A stretch of 64,000 bases of DNA from positions 193,534 to 257,533 of IMG/VR virus record IMGVR_UViG_3300023296_000874; one strand, written 5' to 3'. The notes below the pieces were generated by a model, which had not been told where the DNA came from, searched no databases, and saw nothing but the letters and a program-made list of their open reading frames with translations. The position numbers and the translations under genes were made by a program. Positions 1 through 8,464 of this stretch are shown here, piece by piece (positions within the stretch are counted from its first letter, which is position 1; every line of letters begins with the position of its first letter).

Positions 1-1
1 C

Positions 2-217
2 CGTTACTCACTGCCCCACTACCAGGGCATCATCGTGATGAAGTACTGCCCCTGGTGCGCCGCTGACCGTGGCGACCGGATGGACCAGTGGTGGGCTCAG
101 ATTGAGAAGCTGCTCGGCGGCGACCCCGGTTTCGAGGAAGTGGCTGCCGCCAAGGCTGCTGGCAAGATCCCCGACAAGTTCCTCACTGACGAGTGGTGGC
201 GGAACCCAAGTGAGTAG
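2..217 (+). CDS. Hypothetical protein, 5' truncated, with CxxC (YCPWC)
   Basis: Frame is open from the window edge (RYSLPHYQGIIVMKYCPWC...). Confidence 0.6.
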   Translation, partial: RYSLPHYQGIIVMKYCPWCAADRGDRMDQWWAQIEKLLGGDPGFEEVAAAKAAGKIPDKFLTDEWWRNPSE

Positions 218-461
218 GCACAAGGTTCATTACCACTGCGGCGCTACGTCGGAGTGCGGTAAGAAGAGCTATCTGCTGTACACCTTCTACGCTCACAAGG
301 TGACCTGTAAGCCGTGCAAGGAAGGCGTGCGCGGACTCGAAGCCCGCAGCAGGCGTAGAGAGCGAGAAGATATTCACCGCCTCGAGCGTGAAATGGATCT
401 CAAGATGGGCATTGAAGAGCCCACCGTACCCCACGACTGGATGTACTGCCTCGCGGCTTAG
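210..461 (+). CDS. Small Cys/His-rich hypothetical protein
   Basis: GTG start overlapping the upstream gene end; HYHC...C...VTCKPC putative Zn ligands. Confidence 0.55.
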   Translation: MSRHKVHYHCGATSECGKKSYLLYTFYAHKVTCKPCKEGVRGLEARSRRREREDIHRLEREMDLKMGIEEPTVPHDWMYCLAA

Positions 462-469
462 GAAGAACC

Positions 470-718
470 ATGCGAATCAAAGACCTGAGCCCCACCGAAG
501 AGAATACAGGAGATGAGCGCACCTGCCGCAGGTACATCTGGTGGCCGATCAAGCTGGGAGATGAAACCCGGTGGCTTGAGTACGCCGAGGTGCTGCAGCG
601 TGTGGTCAAGTTTGATGTAGGCGGCTCCGGGCAGTGGGGTTGCTACGCCTACCGATGGGTAGATGTAGCTTGGCAGCCTGAGCCTGTGTCCCGTGCGGAG
701 ATCCTCTTCGAGGATTAG
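470..718 (+). CDS. Hypothetical phage protein (82 aa)
   Basis: RBS-like AGGAAG upstream; protein-like composition. Confidence 0.6.
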   Translation: MRIKDLSPTEENTGDERTCRRYIWWPIKLGDETRWLEYAEVLQRVVKFDVGGSGQWGCYAYRWVDVAWQPEPVSRAEILFED

Positions 719-724
719 GGCGTC

Positions 725-771
725 CAAGACCAACGAAGGCGGGACACAAGTTCCCGCCTTCGTTGGTCTTG
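725..771. terminator. Perfect 20-bp inverted repeat between convergent genes (probable bidirectional terminator)
   Basis: CAAGACCAACGAAGGCGGGA-cacaagt-TCCCGCCTTCGTTGGTCTTG. Confidence 0.8.
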
Positions 772-781
772 CTCAGAGGGT

Positions 782-1006
782 CTACTGAGCGCTGTCGTCG
801 TCATCCGCCGCAGCCGAATCGTCGTCGTCAGCCGAATCGTCGTCGTCCACGGCGTCGTCATCATCGGCAACCGCCGAATCGTCGTCGTCCGCAACAACGG
901 CGGAATCGTCGTCGTCGGTAACCGCGCTGTCGTCGTCATCGCCTGAGGGGCAACCAACGAGGGCGAGGGAAAGGATGGCGAGCAGCAAGAGAAGGGAACG
1001 TGTCAT
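782..1006 (-). CDS. Small lipoprotein consisting of Asp-rich DDDDS repeats
   Basis: Signal peptide with lipobox LVG|C, then 7 DDDD(S/A) units; AAGGAG RBS. Confidence 0.85.
   Translation of the reverse strand: MTRSLLLLLAILSLALVGCPSGDDDDSAVTDDDDSAVVADDDDSAVADDDDAVDDDDSADDDDSAAADDDDSAQ
791..940 (-). repeat. Coding tandem repeat (GACGACGACGAT-TCx-like) encoding DDDDS
   Basis: Seven near-identical GTCGTCGTC blocks on the + strand. Confidence 0.9.
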
Positions 1007-1087
1007 AGGAACTCCTTGGGGTAAGCTCGTAGGACACTCCCGTCAACGGATAGTTGGCTTTCGAATACCGCTATACACTATTCTGCC

Positions 1088-1672
1088 CTACGGATGCTCA
1101 GCGAGTTCTCCGGGTACCACGCCTGACGCCAGCACAATCTTGCAGATGTGCTCGACGCGCTCAATGTGCTCAAAGGCTTCCCACGGGTCAGCTCCAGTTG
1201 CTGTGACGCCGTGGTTCTTCTGACCCACGATGTCACACCTGCCCAAGAAGGACTCGTAGGTGGCGTCCCCAAGCGCGGCAGAGATGGCCGGTAGGAAGGG
1301 CACTGTCGCCCCAATGCGCGTGTAGCGGAACAGCTCAGGGAAGTGGTTCTGCAACACGCGGAGGTCAAAACCCCGGAACATTGCGGCCACTGTGTACGTC
1401 GGGTGTGCGTGGACAACCGCTGTAGCCCCGCCACGGTGTTGCAGGAGGAAGTGCATGTGCAACTCCCCTGAAGGCTTCCCGGTAGCGACAACGGGCGCGT
1501 CAGCTTCCACAAGCACCGGGACAAGGTCGCCCTCCAAGATGAACTGCTTCCGCACGCCTGATGGAGTGATCAGGAAGCCTTCATCGGACGTGATTGAGAC
1601 ATTCCCATCCCGTGTAGATATCCAACCGAGTCGGTATAGTTCGGCCATCACTTCGCAAGTAGCTGCCTTCAT
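1088..1672 (-). CDS. Class II aldolase/adducin family metalloenzyme
   Basis: DGNVS, ITPSGVRK, PSGELHMH, VVHAHP, NHG motifs; GGAGG RBS before ATG 1672. Confidence 0.9.
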   Translation of the reverse strand: MKAATCEVMAELYRLGWISTRDGNVSITSDEGFLITPSGVRKQFILEGDLVPVLVEADAPVVATGKPSGELHMHFLLQHRGGATAVVHAHPTYTVAAMFRGFDLRVLQNHFPELFRYTRIGATVPFLPAISAALGDATYESFLGRCDIVGQKNHGVTATGADPWEAFEHIERVEHICKIVLASGVVPGELAEHP

Positions 1673-1703
1673 TTCGGTTCCCTCCAGAATGCTATTCGAG
1701 ACG

Positions 1704-1719
1704 CACAAACGGATCATGA
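1704..1719 (-). promoter_or_regulatory. Putative late promoter motif (degenerate)
   Basis: TCATGATCCGTTTGTG, 32 nt upstream of ATG 1672. Confidence 0.55.
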
Positions 1720-1759
1720 AACGTGTTGAAGAGTGGGAACCCCTTACGCGAGGAGCTGA

Positions 1760-2056
1760 ATGCTTCCCACCCTACCGCTGACCGCCCAGCACTCCATCTT
1801 CAACTGGCGCAGGTACTCGTCCCCGGTCCGAACCCACAGGTGTCAGAAGTGTGGTCACGGCTACCCGCCCGGCCCCAACGAGAACTGGACGACCAACGAG
1901 CCCGGCGTGCTTCCTACCGGACTCATGACGCTTTGCAAGAAGTGTGGTCACCACGGCTTCAGCCACTACCTCGGAAGGAAGCTCCCTTGGTACCATGTGG
2001 CTCGGTGGTGGCACAACGACACATACGAGTGGTCAGACCAGCAATGGACTCCCTGA
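1760..2056 (+). CDS. Zinc-ribbon hypothetical protein
   Basis: CQKCGH...CKKCGH; GAGGAG RBS. Confidence 0.7.
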   Translation: MLPTLPLTAQHSIFNWRRYSSPVRTHRCQKCGHGYPPGPNENWTTNEPGVLPTGLMTLCKKCGHHGFSHYLGRKLPWYHVARWWHNDTYEWSDQQWTP

Positions 2057-2087
2057 GGAGCCCATCACATACCGCCGCAGTAGAGGT

Positions 2088-2510
2088 TCACTCTGCTGCG
2101 GAAGCGTCCTCACACACCTGCCACGAAGCAGTCACGGAGTAGAACTCCCAGGTGGCGGTCGCGGCACCAAGGTCGCAGAGCTCCGGGGTGAGGCAGAGCT
2201 CACCCGCGTCGGAACGCTCGAACAGGGAGGTCACGTCCTCGGTCACGAGGCCCTGAGGCTCGACGCAGGGCTCAGCGGTGTAGACGGAGGCATCGCCCTC
2301 GCCCTCAACGCAGCGGCTACGTGCAACGCTCCAGTCATCAGTCACGGCGAGCGTGAAGGACGTTGCGTCCTCGCCAGCGGGAGTCCAGGTGGACGTCTCG
2401 GTGGTGCATTCGACAGCCGGTGTGTCGGTGGCATCAGTGTCGCCGCTGTCGGCCTTGTCACCGTTGCAGGCCAAGAGAAAAGCGAGAGGAATCAGGATCA
2501 TGGTACGCAT
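2088..2510 (-). CDS. Cys-rich lipoprotein with an acidic D/T/S linker
   Basis: MRTMILIPLAFLLA|C lipobox; DSGDTDATDT linker; AAGGAG RBS. Confidence 0.8.
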   Translation of the reverse strand: MRTMILIPLAFLLACNGDKADSGDTDATDTPAVECTTETSTWTPAGEDATSFTLAVTDDWSVARSRCVEGEGDASVYTAEPCVEPQGLVTEDVTSLFERSDAGELCLTPELCDLGAATATWEFYSVTASWQVCEDASAAE

Positions 2511-2645
2511 AGTGTCGCGCTCCTTTGTTTGGTTAGGGGCTATTGAACACCCCCAATACGCAGGAGTTAGAATGCGAAGATGTGCAGTGTGCATTTTCTC
2601 TGACTTACTCGTGGTTCGGAGCGTTGTACCCATATGGAGACGAAC

Positions 2646-3074
2646 ATGCCCACCGTAGAAGCCGGACTCGAAGTGCTCGACGCTACCCCACTGCCTGACA
2701 GTGATGGTGGCGCTCAGGACTACGATGCCTTCGACATCGCGCTCAACGCTGCCATGGCTGCCGTTGGTTGGGTGACCGAGGACTTCTGGAAGGCCTTCTA
2801 CGCCTCCGACCTGTGGTTCACCCGCAGCACCGCCGAGTGGATCGACCAGCACTGCACGACCGAGATGGCCGTGAGCGCTGACCGCCTCGAGATCCTCAAG
2901 CCCTTGCTCAACGCTCAGAACCTCCTGCTCGCATCCCACGGTGCCCGCTGGATGGCTCAACACTGCGACACCTGCGTCGGACACACCGACGGAACCCGCC
3001 CGATCCACCTCAGCATCGAGCAGTACCACTGGGCACCCTACGACGCTGACCGTAGCTTCGACGTGCCCGCGTGA
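2646..3074 (+). CDS. Hypothetical protein
   Basis: GGAG RBS, high GC3 codon usage. Confidence 0.65.
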   Translation: MPTVEAGLEVLDATPLPDSDGGAQDYDAFDIALNAAMAAVGWVTEDFWKAFYASDLWFTRSTAEWIDQHCTTEMAVSADRLEILKPLLNAQNLLLASHGARWMAQHCDTCVGHTDGTRPIHLSIEQYHWAPYDADRSFDVPA

Positions 3075-3355
3075 AGTTCAGGGTACAGATACCCGAGGGC
3101 CACTTCCTCCGCATCACCGCCCTCTTCGGGGGCCGATCAAGGATAGAGGTGACGGACGGACAGTTCAATACCGACTTCTGGTGACTGCCTGACCATGAAA
3201 GCGCCGTGCGCGCTCTTGCAGTTATTGAAGAAACGGGCGAGGCTGATTTCCCCTGCATACGGTTCTACGAGTCCGGGTTCGGCTACCGATACGGTGTGCA
3301 GTACCCGCGCAATCCCCATTTCGACACTTGGAAGGTGGGTGACCGTCAGCAGTAG
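3071..3355 (+). pseudogene. 95-codon ORF interrupted by an in-frame TGA (3182-3184): pseudogene or readthrough
   Basis: GTGA overlap with the upstream stop; MKFRVQIPEGHF...NTDFW*LPDHESAVRALAVIEE...KVGDRQQ; coding-like codon usage on both sides of the TGA. Confidence 0.5.
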
Positions 3356-3425
3356 TTTTGGCTCGGTAGCCGTGAACGGGCGAAGACGCGAGTCTGATAG
3401 GGGAACCCCAAGTAGGGATGCCCTC

Positions 3426-4013
3426 ATGATTTTGACCCTCGAAAACATTGCTACCCACTCTGACTACCGTGCCTTGCACGGTATCAATGTCAGTCTCCGC
3501 TACAACAACGAGCCGCGCGGGTTCCACGCTACCCGCTGGGCAATGGTTCCGAACATTGCCATCTCCCATATGCACCAGTGGGGTCTGGATGATTTCTGGG
3601 ACCGCCGCCCCGCGTCTCCGCGCAAGCTCAAGCTGGACCCCAACGCACTCGGCGATGTGATGGTCTCACAGGACCCTACAGAGTTGGTCTCAAACTCAAG
3701 TGACACCAGGCAGCCCCTGCGCATTGTTCAATACCAGGAGAGCCCGTTGATGTACGCGAGTTCGGAGTCGAGCTTGGACTGGTTGATGCGCACACAGGGA
3801 ACAAATCCAGGTGGACACGCACGCAGCCTCTTTCGGATCTGCCTGAGGAACCGTGTGGAGATCTCGGTAGAGTTTGAGATGTTGCTCCCAACCTCCAAGC
3901 AAGATCCTCGGTCCAAGCGTCAGCGGGATGCCAAGGGAGATGATCGTCACCTCCACATGTTCGGTGAGCAGCCCAAGCTGTCTGAGGTTCCCACCATCCC
4001 CTCGCTATACTGA
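3426..4013 (+). CDS. Hypothetical protein (start probably ATG 3426 rather than 3195)
   Basis: Protein-like from MILTLENIATH; TGATG coupling to the next gene. Confidence 0.6.
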   Translation: MILTLENIATHSDYRALHGINVSLRYNNEPRGFHATRWAMVPNIAISHMHQWGLDDFWDRRPASPRKLKLDPNALGDVMVSQDPTELVSNSSDTRQPLRIVQYQESPLMYASSESSLDWLMRTQGTNPGGHARSLFRICLRNRVEISVEFEMLLPTSKQDPRSKRQRDAKGDDRHLHMFGEQPKLSEVPTIPSLY

Positions 4014-4336
4014 TGGAAATCACCTGTACCGCTGAGATCACCATCACTTCTGACGCGACGCACCTCAAAGCTCATGAGGCTTGGGACACCCTCCTGAATG
4101 TGTGGGTCATGTTGTGCGGCGAGGGACACGAGCCTACCGAGGTCATCATGCCCGTCACAGTGTTTGAGCTACTCAAACACTGTCCGACAGCCTTCGAGGC
4201 TGGGTGTGTTGGAGACTCCCTGTGGGGAGTGGATATCACCTTTGATTACCAAGGAACTGACACCCTCATTTACGTTTGCACGGATCCTGTCACCGGCACC
4301 ATGCTCACGGATGCGACCTTCGCTGTAGGAGTGTAG
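4013..4336 (+). CDS. Hypothetical protein
   Basis: Translationally coupled ORF, 107 aa. Confidence 0.65.
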   Translation: MEITCTAEITITSDATHLKAHEAWDTLLNVWVMLCGEGHEPTEVIMPVTVFELLKHCPTAFEAGCVGDSLWGVDITFDYQGTDTLIYVCTDPVTGTMLTDATFAVGV

Positions 4337-4356
4337 CTCGTACCGTTTTGTTGCTC

Positions 4357-4381
4357 GCCGCGCTGGGAATGCCAGCGCGGC
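4357..4381. terminator. Intergenic 10-bp GC-rich hairpin
   Basis: GCCGCGCTGG-gaatg-CCAGCGCGGC; no clear U-tract. Confidence 0.4.
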
Positions 4382-4406
4382 CATAATCGGAGCAGGAGGT
4401 GTCCTA

Positions 4407-4973
4407 ATGAATAGGCCCGAGCTGCTACCAATTCCAGAGAACCTGTCCATCATCGTCGTACCTGAGGAGGCAGAACCCGTCATCAAGGGTCTGTACCTTG
4501 CGCGCGTGGTGGTGCGCCTCTCTCGAACCCAGGCCCTGTCGCACCTTCGCTGGGACCGCGTCCATGTGCGCCTCAAGACCGAAGAGACGGAAGGTCGGAA
4601 GCTCGGTTGGGCAGTCGACAATGCAGACGGCGACAAGGACGGAGTGAAGCTACCAGGTGAGAAGTTGGTGGTGATTGCCAACCGCCCGCGTGCAACCAAG
4701 GCCAGCGTCTTCGGGACCACGATCCACGAGTTCGGACATCTCATCTCTAATGGGCACGGCAAGAAGCACGTCGACGCCTGCCTGACTATTGCGTGGCAGG
4801 CTGGCATCCTGACGAGCGAGGAGTACGAGCATGGCTTGGACACCATCACCGACTCTCAGGTTGGGGACGGGTACATCCAGCGCATTGCCCGTGACACCGG
4901 GCTGCTCGACCTACTGTCTACGCCACCCGGTGAGAAGCCTGACGCTCCCTACGTTGTGGACAACCGCCCGTAG
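4407..4973 (+). CDS. HEXXH zinc metallopeptidase-like protein (SprT/WLM-like)
   Basis: TTIHEFGH followed by NGHG; AGGAGG RBS. Confidence 0.7.
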   Translation: MNRPELLPIPENLSIIVVPEEAEPVIKGLYLARVVVRLSRTQALSHLRWDRVHVRLKTEETEGRKLGWAVDNADGDKDGVKLPGEKLVVIANRPRATKASVFGTTIHEFGHLISNGHGKKHVDACLTIAWQAGILTSEEYEHGLDTITDSQVGDGYIQRIARDTGLLDLLSTPPGEKPDAPYVVDNRP

Positions 4974-4975
4974 GA

Positions 4976-5860
4976 TCAGAACCGCGTGAAGTTCCGGACG
5001 CTCGATGTGCCGGAGCCCAGGTGGGGGCCAAAGGCGCTCCGCACACCCACTCCGAACCGGGGCTGCTGGAGCCCGCGCGTGAACTTGATGGTGAGGTGAG
5101 CGTTCTCGATCATCTGTTCCAACCTACTTTGTAGGCTTTCCATGAGTCCCTGGTACTTGCTTGACTTGTCAATACTCAGGCTAACTCCACCAATCGAATA
5201 ATCGAATTCTTCTCCCACCCAGTTTATTGAGAGTGCCGTGAGAGCGTGTACAGCGGCGGCTGTGAGCGTGATCGTTGTCCAGTTTCTCGGTAGCGTTCCG
5301 ATGGTGTATCCGGTCTGAGGCGGGAACAGGTTCACAACATCCAACCCACGTTCAATACTCTCCAACATTTCGGCATCTTCCCAGATGTAGCCGAACACTC
5401 TGGTCTGCTGGGAGAGAGCGTCCTGACTGCTGGGCGGTCGGAAGTGGTAGTTGCGATCTGGGTTGTTGTCCCGCAGCATCATGCGGAGCGAGTGCATCAG
5501 GCCCCACTGGTTCGTCGTGTAGGCAGAGGAGGCGGTAACCTGTGTGCCCTCGGGTACGACTCCAAACTCCTGCGCCACTTGATGATCAGGCCCGCCTGCA
5601 AACTGCTTGAACGTCCAACGCACGACGTAGTTGCCGTAGGGCGCGAAGTCAGGGATGCGGAAGTTGGCGTAGTACTCTCCGATCTCAGGGTTCTCAGGAA
5701 CCCGAGCGGCGGCACCAATCAGAAGCTCTGATCCCGACGTGTTGTCGAAGATGGCGTAGCTGATGGAGTAGGAATCCTGACGCTGCCCGTCCGAGTTGGT
5801 CAGGATGATGCTCAGTTCGTTCCGGCCCGTGGTTTGGCCGGGGCAGAATACAACAGACAC
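4976..5860 (-). CDS. Probable head-completion/neck protein with an N-terminal Ig-like domain
   Basis: Adaptor-like C-terminus (LRMMLRD...FDYSIGGVSLSIDKSSKY); last gene of the structural run. Confidence 0.55.
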   Translation of the reverse strand: MSVVFCPGQTTGRNELSIILTNSDGQRQDSYSISYAIFDNTSGSELLIGAAARVPENPEIGEYYANFRIPDFAPYGNYVVRWTFKQFAGGPDHQVAQEFGVVPEGTQVTASSAYTTNQWGLMHSLRMMLRDNNPDRNYHFRPPSSQDALSQQTRVFGYIWEDAEMLESIERGLDVVNLFPPQTGYTIGTLPRNWTTITLTAAAVHALTALSINWVGEEFDYSIGGVSLSIDKSSKYQGLMESLQSRLEQMIENAHLTIKFTRGLQQPRFGVGVRSAFGPHLGSGTSSVRNFTRF

Positions 5861-6043
5861 TCAGCCCTCCTTCGGTGCCTTGCCGGTGAAGAGCTTCTTG
5901 ATGGTGGGTAGCGTCTCACCGGGAGCGGGTAGCTCCAAGGGGGCCGCGACGTCATCAGTCGAAGTCTCACGAGGCTTGTGGTACCGGTTGACGTAGTCGT
6001 CGGCCAGCTTGATTGCCAACGAAGCGATGCGATCTGTATCCAT
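5861..6043 (-). CDS. Small hypothetical protein with a helical leader (MDTDRIASLAIKLA)
   Basis: GGAGG RBS; directly downstream of a promoter motif. Confidence 0.65.
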   Translation of the reverse strand: MDTDRIASLAIKLADDYVNRYHKPRETSTDDVAAPLELPAPGETLPTIKKLFTGKAPKEG

Positions 6044-6064
6044 TGTACCTCCGTCTGAGGGAGC

Positions 6065-6080
6065 TACAAAAGCATCATGA
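6065..6080 (-). promoter_or_regulatory. Putative late promoter motif (degenerate, overlaps the upstream stop codon)
   Basis: TCATGATGCTTTTGTA, 22 nt upstream of ATG 6043. Confidence 0.55.
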
Positions 6081-7277
6081 AAGCATCTTGCTCACTGCCA
6101 GGTCCAGCTTGCGAGCCGAGATGTCCGGCTCTTGCAGGATGAGCCCACGCGCGTACGTCACGGGGAGGGATCGGTCCCGCCCTTGGAGGCTGTTCTCGTT
6201 GATGTGGCGCATGTTGTCCACCGGGGGCTTCGTGAGCTTCTTGAGGAAGTCCTGTGCGTCATCCCTTTGCATCGGCGTGGTCAGCTCCCGCAGGCGCTTC
6301 TGCTGGTCACGGTCAAGGAAGGTGATGGGGCTCTTGACGCTCAGGCCCAAGTCCATCAGGTCGAGCAGTAGCGCAACATCGCGGTCCTTGAGCTGGCGGC
6401 TCAGGTACGTGGCGAAGGGGCGCTGCTCCTGAACCATCTCAGCGATCACGTCGAGCAGTCCGAGCTTCTTCATCAGCTTGAGCGCATCCCGCGCCGTTGC
6501 TTCGTTCAGCACGTTCTCAACCAGGATCGTAGCGATTGCCTCCCACGGAGCCCGCTTCATGGCGGGTGCGTTGCGCTTGATGCTGGCAGCGAGGTCCTTG
6601 GGGATCTTGAAGCCGTACTTCGCAACGAACTTGATGGCGCGGAGCAGTCGTGTGGGGTCGTCGCTGAAGACGACGTCAGGGTCACGGGGGCAAGCCATCG
6701 TGCGGCTCTCCAGGTCGCGGATGCCGCAACCCGTGAGGTCGATCACTTCAGCCTTCTCCGGTCCGTTCGTCAGGTCCATCAGCCGCCAGAGCAGCGTGTT
6801 GAACGTGAACTCGCGGCGGTAGATGTCCTCCTCAACCGTGGCGTCTTCAACCATGTGAGGCTTGTACCCCTGGCCTCCGGCTCCACCGTAGGATTCCTTT
6901 CGGGAGTTGGCGATCTCGATCACCTCCCCCTTCATCTCCACCCCGTCCAGAGTCCACTCACCCTTCACCGTGATGATGGCGACGTTGTACTGGTTGGTCG
7001 TCAGGTCGGTCTGAGTGGGGATCGCCCGCTCAACTTCCTTGGCGAACCACTCGGAGTTCTTCTTGCCGCCCAAGGCCACGGAGTCGACTACGACGTCGAT
7101 GTCCTTGATGGGCATGTCGATCAGGAAGTTCCGCACTGCACCACCGACAACGTACACGTGTCGGCCTACACCCAGCCGGGTGGACAGGCGGGCAAGGAAC
7201 TTCATCAATGCGTGAGAACGCTTGACAGCGTTTGCTGTCACGAGCTCTGCGGCGAGTTTGTCTGCGATGTCTGTCAT
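6075..7277 (-). CDS. tRNA nucleotidyltransferase (CCA-adding)/poly(A) polymerase family, class II
   Basis: VGGAVRN..DIDVVVD, RKESY, DIYRREFTFNTL, DDPTRLLRAIKF; no recognisable HD domain. Confidence 0.9.
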   Translation of the reverse strand: MTDIADKLAAELVTANAVKRSHALMKFLARLSTRLGVGRHVYVVGGAVRNFLIDMPIKDIDVVVDSVALGGKKNSEWFAKEVERAIPTQTDLTTNQYNVAIITVKGEWTLDGVEMKGEVIEIANSRKESYGGAGGQGYKPHMVEDATVEEDIYRREFTFNTLLWRLMDLTNGPEKAEVIDLTGCGIRDLESRTMACPRDPDVVFSDDPTRLLRAIKFVAKYGFKIPKDLAASIKRNAPAMKRAPWEAIATILVENVLNEATARDALKLMKKLGLLDVIAEMVQEQRPFATYLSRQLKDRDVALLLDLMDLGLSVKSPITFLDRDQQKRLRELTTPMQRDDAQDFLKKLTKPPVDNMRHINENSLQGRDRSLPVTYARGLILQEPDISARKLDLAVSKMLS

Positions 7278-7289
7278 GGTGTACCTCAC

Positions 7290-7682
7290 CTATGTCACGA
7301 TAACGATAGGAGTATCAGACAAGTCAGAGAGCAAAGCTGTGCGAACCGCAGTTGTAGGATACTTGACAATCTGGAAGTTGAGGCGTCGCTGGCCCCATGG
7401 ATCCGTAGCGGAAGCGCGGTAGTCCCACCGGATCTGATAGCATCCAGCGGGCTGTCCTCCGGGAATCACCCAGTCCACCCAGTACTTCCCAGCCGTGGAG
7501 CTTGCCTCGGGTGTCTGCCGGTTCAGCGTGGAGCCGAGAGACGTGAAGGTTCCGTCCCCGTTGACCAAGTAGATGGAGTACCTGATGGTGTAGGTGGTGA
7601 CTGGGGTTCCGGTGCGGTCAGTGAAGATCGCACGTAGGTCGCTCTCACCGAGCTCCTGCCCTTTCTGATATACTACGCCCAT
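7290..7682 (-). CDS. Ig-like virion protein, paralog of the N-terminal domain of 4976-5860
   Basis: MGVVYQKGQ..DL vs MSVVFCPGQ..EL; GKYWVDWVIP..PAGCYQIRW vs GEYYANFRIP..PYGNYVVRW. Confidence 0.6.
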   Translation of the reverse strand: MGVVYQKGQELGESDLRAIFTDRTGTPVTTYTIRYSIYLVNGDGTFTSLGSTLNRQTPEASSTAGKYWVDWVIPGGQPAGCYQIRWDYRASATDPWGQRRLNFQIVKYPTTAVRTALLSDLSDTPIVIVT

Positions 7683-7686
7683 TTGC

Positions 7687-8457
7687 TCACTCCGCTGTGT
7701 AGGGATCGTTCCAGTCGATGACGCCCTTTTCCATCAGCCCAACGGCCTTGGGGACGTTGCCTGGGTCGATCACTGGCATGTCGCGGCGGTCAGGAGCCCA
7801 GCTCGGAACCGTCTTGGTCACCAGCTTGGCGTTGCCTGAAATCTCCGCAATGCCGTCTTCCACGCTGCCAAAGGAGCTCTCGAGTACTTCTTTCACGTCG
7901 TCCGCGCTCCATGGGAACTCGCCACGGATGCCTGATACGGTCATCTCCAGCAGCATCTTCCGCACCTTGGTCTCAGTGAAGCTACCGAGGTTGCCCTTGC
8001 CGGGCTTGCCGTTCCTGATGTGGAACACTCCCACGGTGAGGAGGTTCAGAACCCTCAGTAGCTCTGCTCCTTTGAGGGCCGCTCCGTAGCCTCCAACCTT
8101 GCCGCTCTTGCCTGACGCCAGGATGGTTGCCGCCCAACGGTGGTGTCCATCCATGATGTGACGGTCCTTGGATACGAGCGCACCCAGATCACCGCCTACC
8201 TTGCCGGTCTTGAGCATGAACAGGGCCATGCCCACAGCCTTCTCAAGCACCATCGACGTCTGCGAAGGCTTCAGTGCGGCTGCCGCCCAGGAACCCTTGG
8301 ACACCTGGATCTTGTCGTCCCTCTTGTCCCCATCTTCCCAGCCGCTCTGGACGAGCAGTTTGGCGATGGAAGGGTCGATGGAACTCAGCTCGGAGGCATC
8401 TTCGTACTGCTGTTCGAAGCCGCGTGCCAAACGGGCGATCTCTTGGGATAGTCTCAT
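7687..8457 (-). CDS. ParB/Srx-like N-terminal-domain protein
   Basis: LKPSQ and LVSKDRHIMDGHHRWAA motifs. Confidence 0.75.
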   Translation of the reverse strand: MRLSQEIARLARGFEQQYEDASELSSIDPSIAKLLVQSGWEDGDKRDDKIQVSKGSWAAAALKPSQTSMVLEKAVGMALFMLKTGKVGGDLGALVSKDRHIMDGHHRWAATILASGKSGKVGGYGAALKGAELLRVLNLLTVGVFHIRNGKPGKGNLGSFTETKVRKMLLEMTVSGIRGEFPWSADDVKEVLESSFGSVEDGIAEISGNAKLVTKTVPSWAPDRRDMPVIDPGNVPKAVGLMEKGVIDWNDPYTAE

Positions 8458-8464
8458 TGAGCTC

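Noticed and set aside
791-940. CRISPR-like array or non-coding satellite
   Set aside because: The repeat is in-frame coding (DDDDS) with very short spacers; the dispersed 16-nt motif is also not arrayed
2543-2573. Sigma70 promoter TTGAAC-N19-TAGAAT
   Set aside because: The 19-nt spacer is too long and there is no other support
3195-3425. N-terminal extension of the 272-aa ORF
   Set aside because: Poor composition, and it overlaps the better-supported interrupted ORF 3071-3355; the start was moved to 3426
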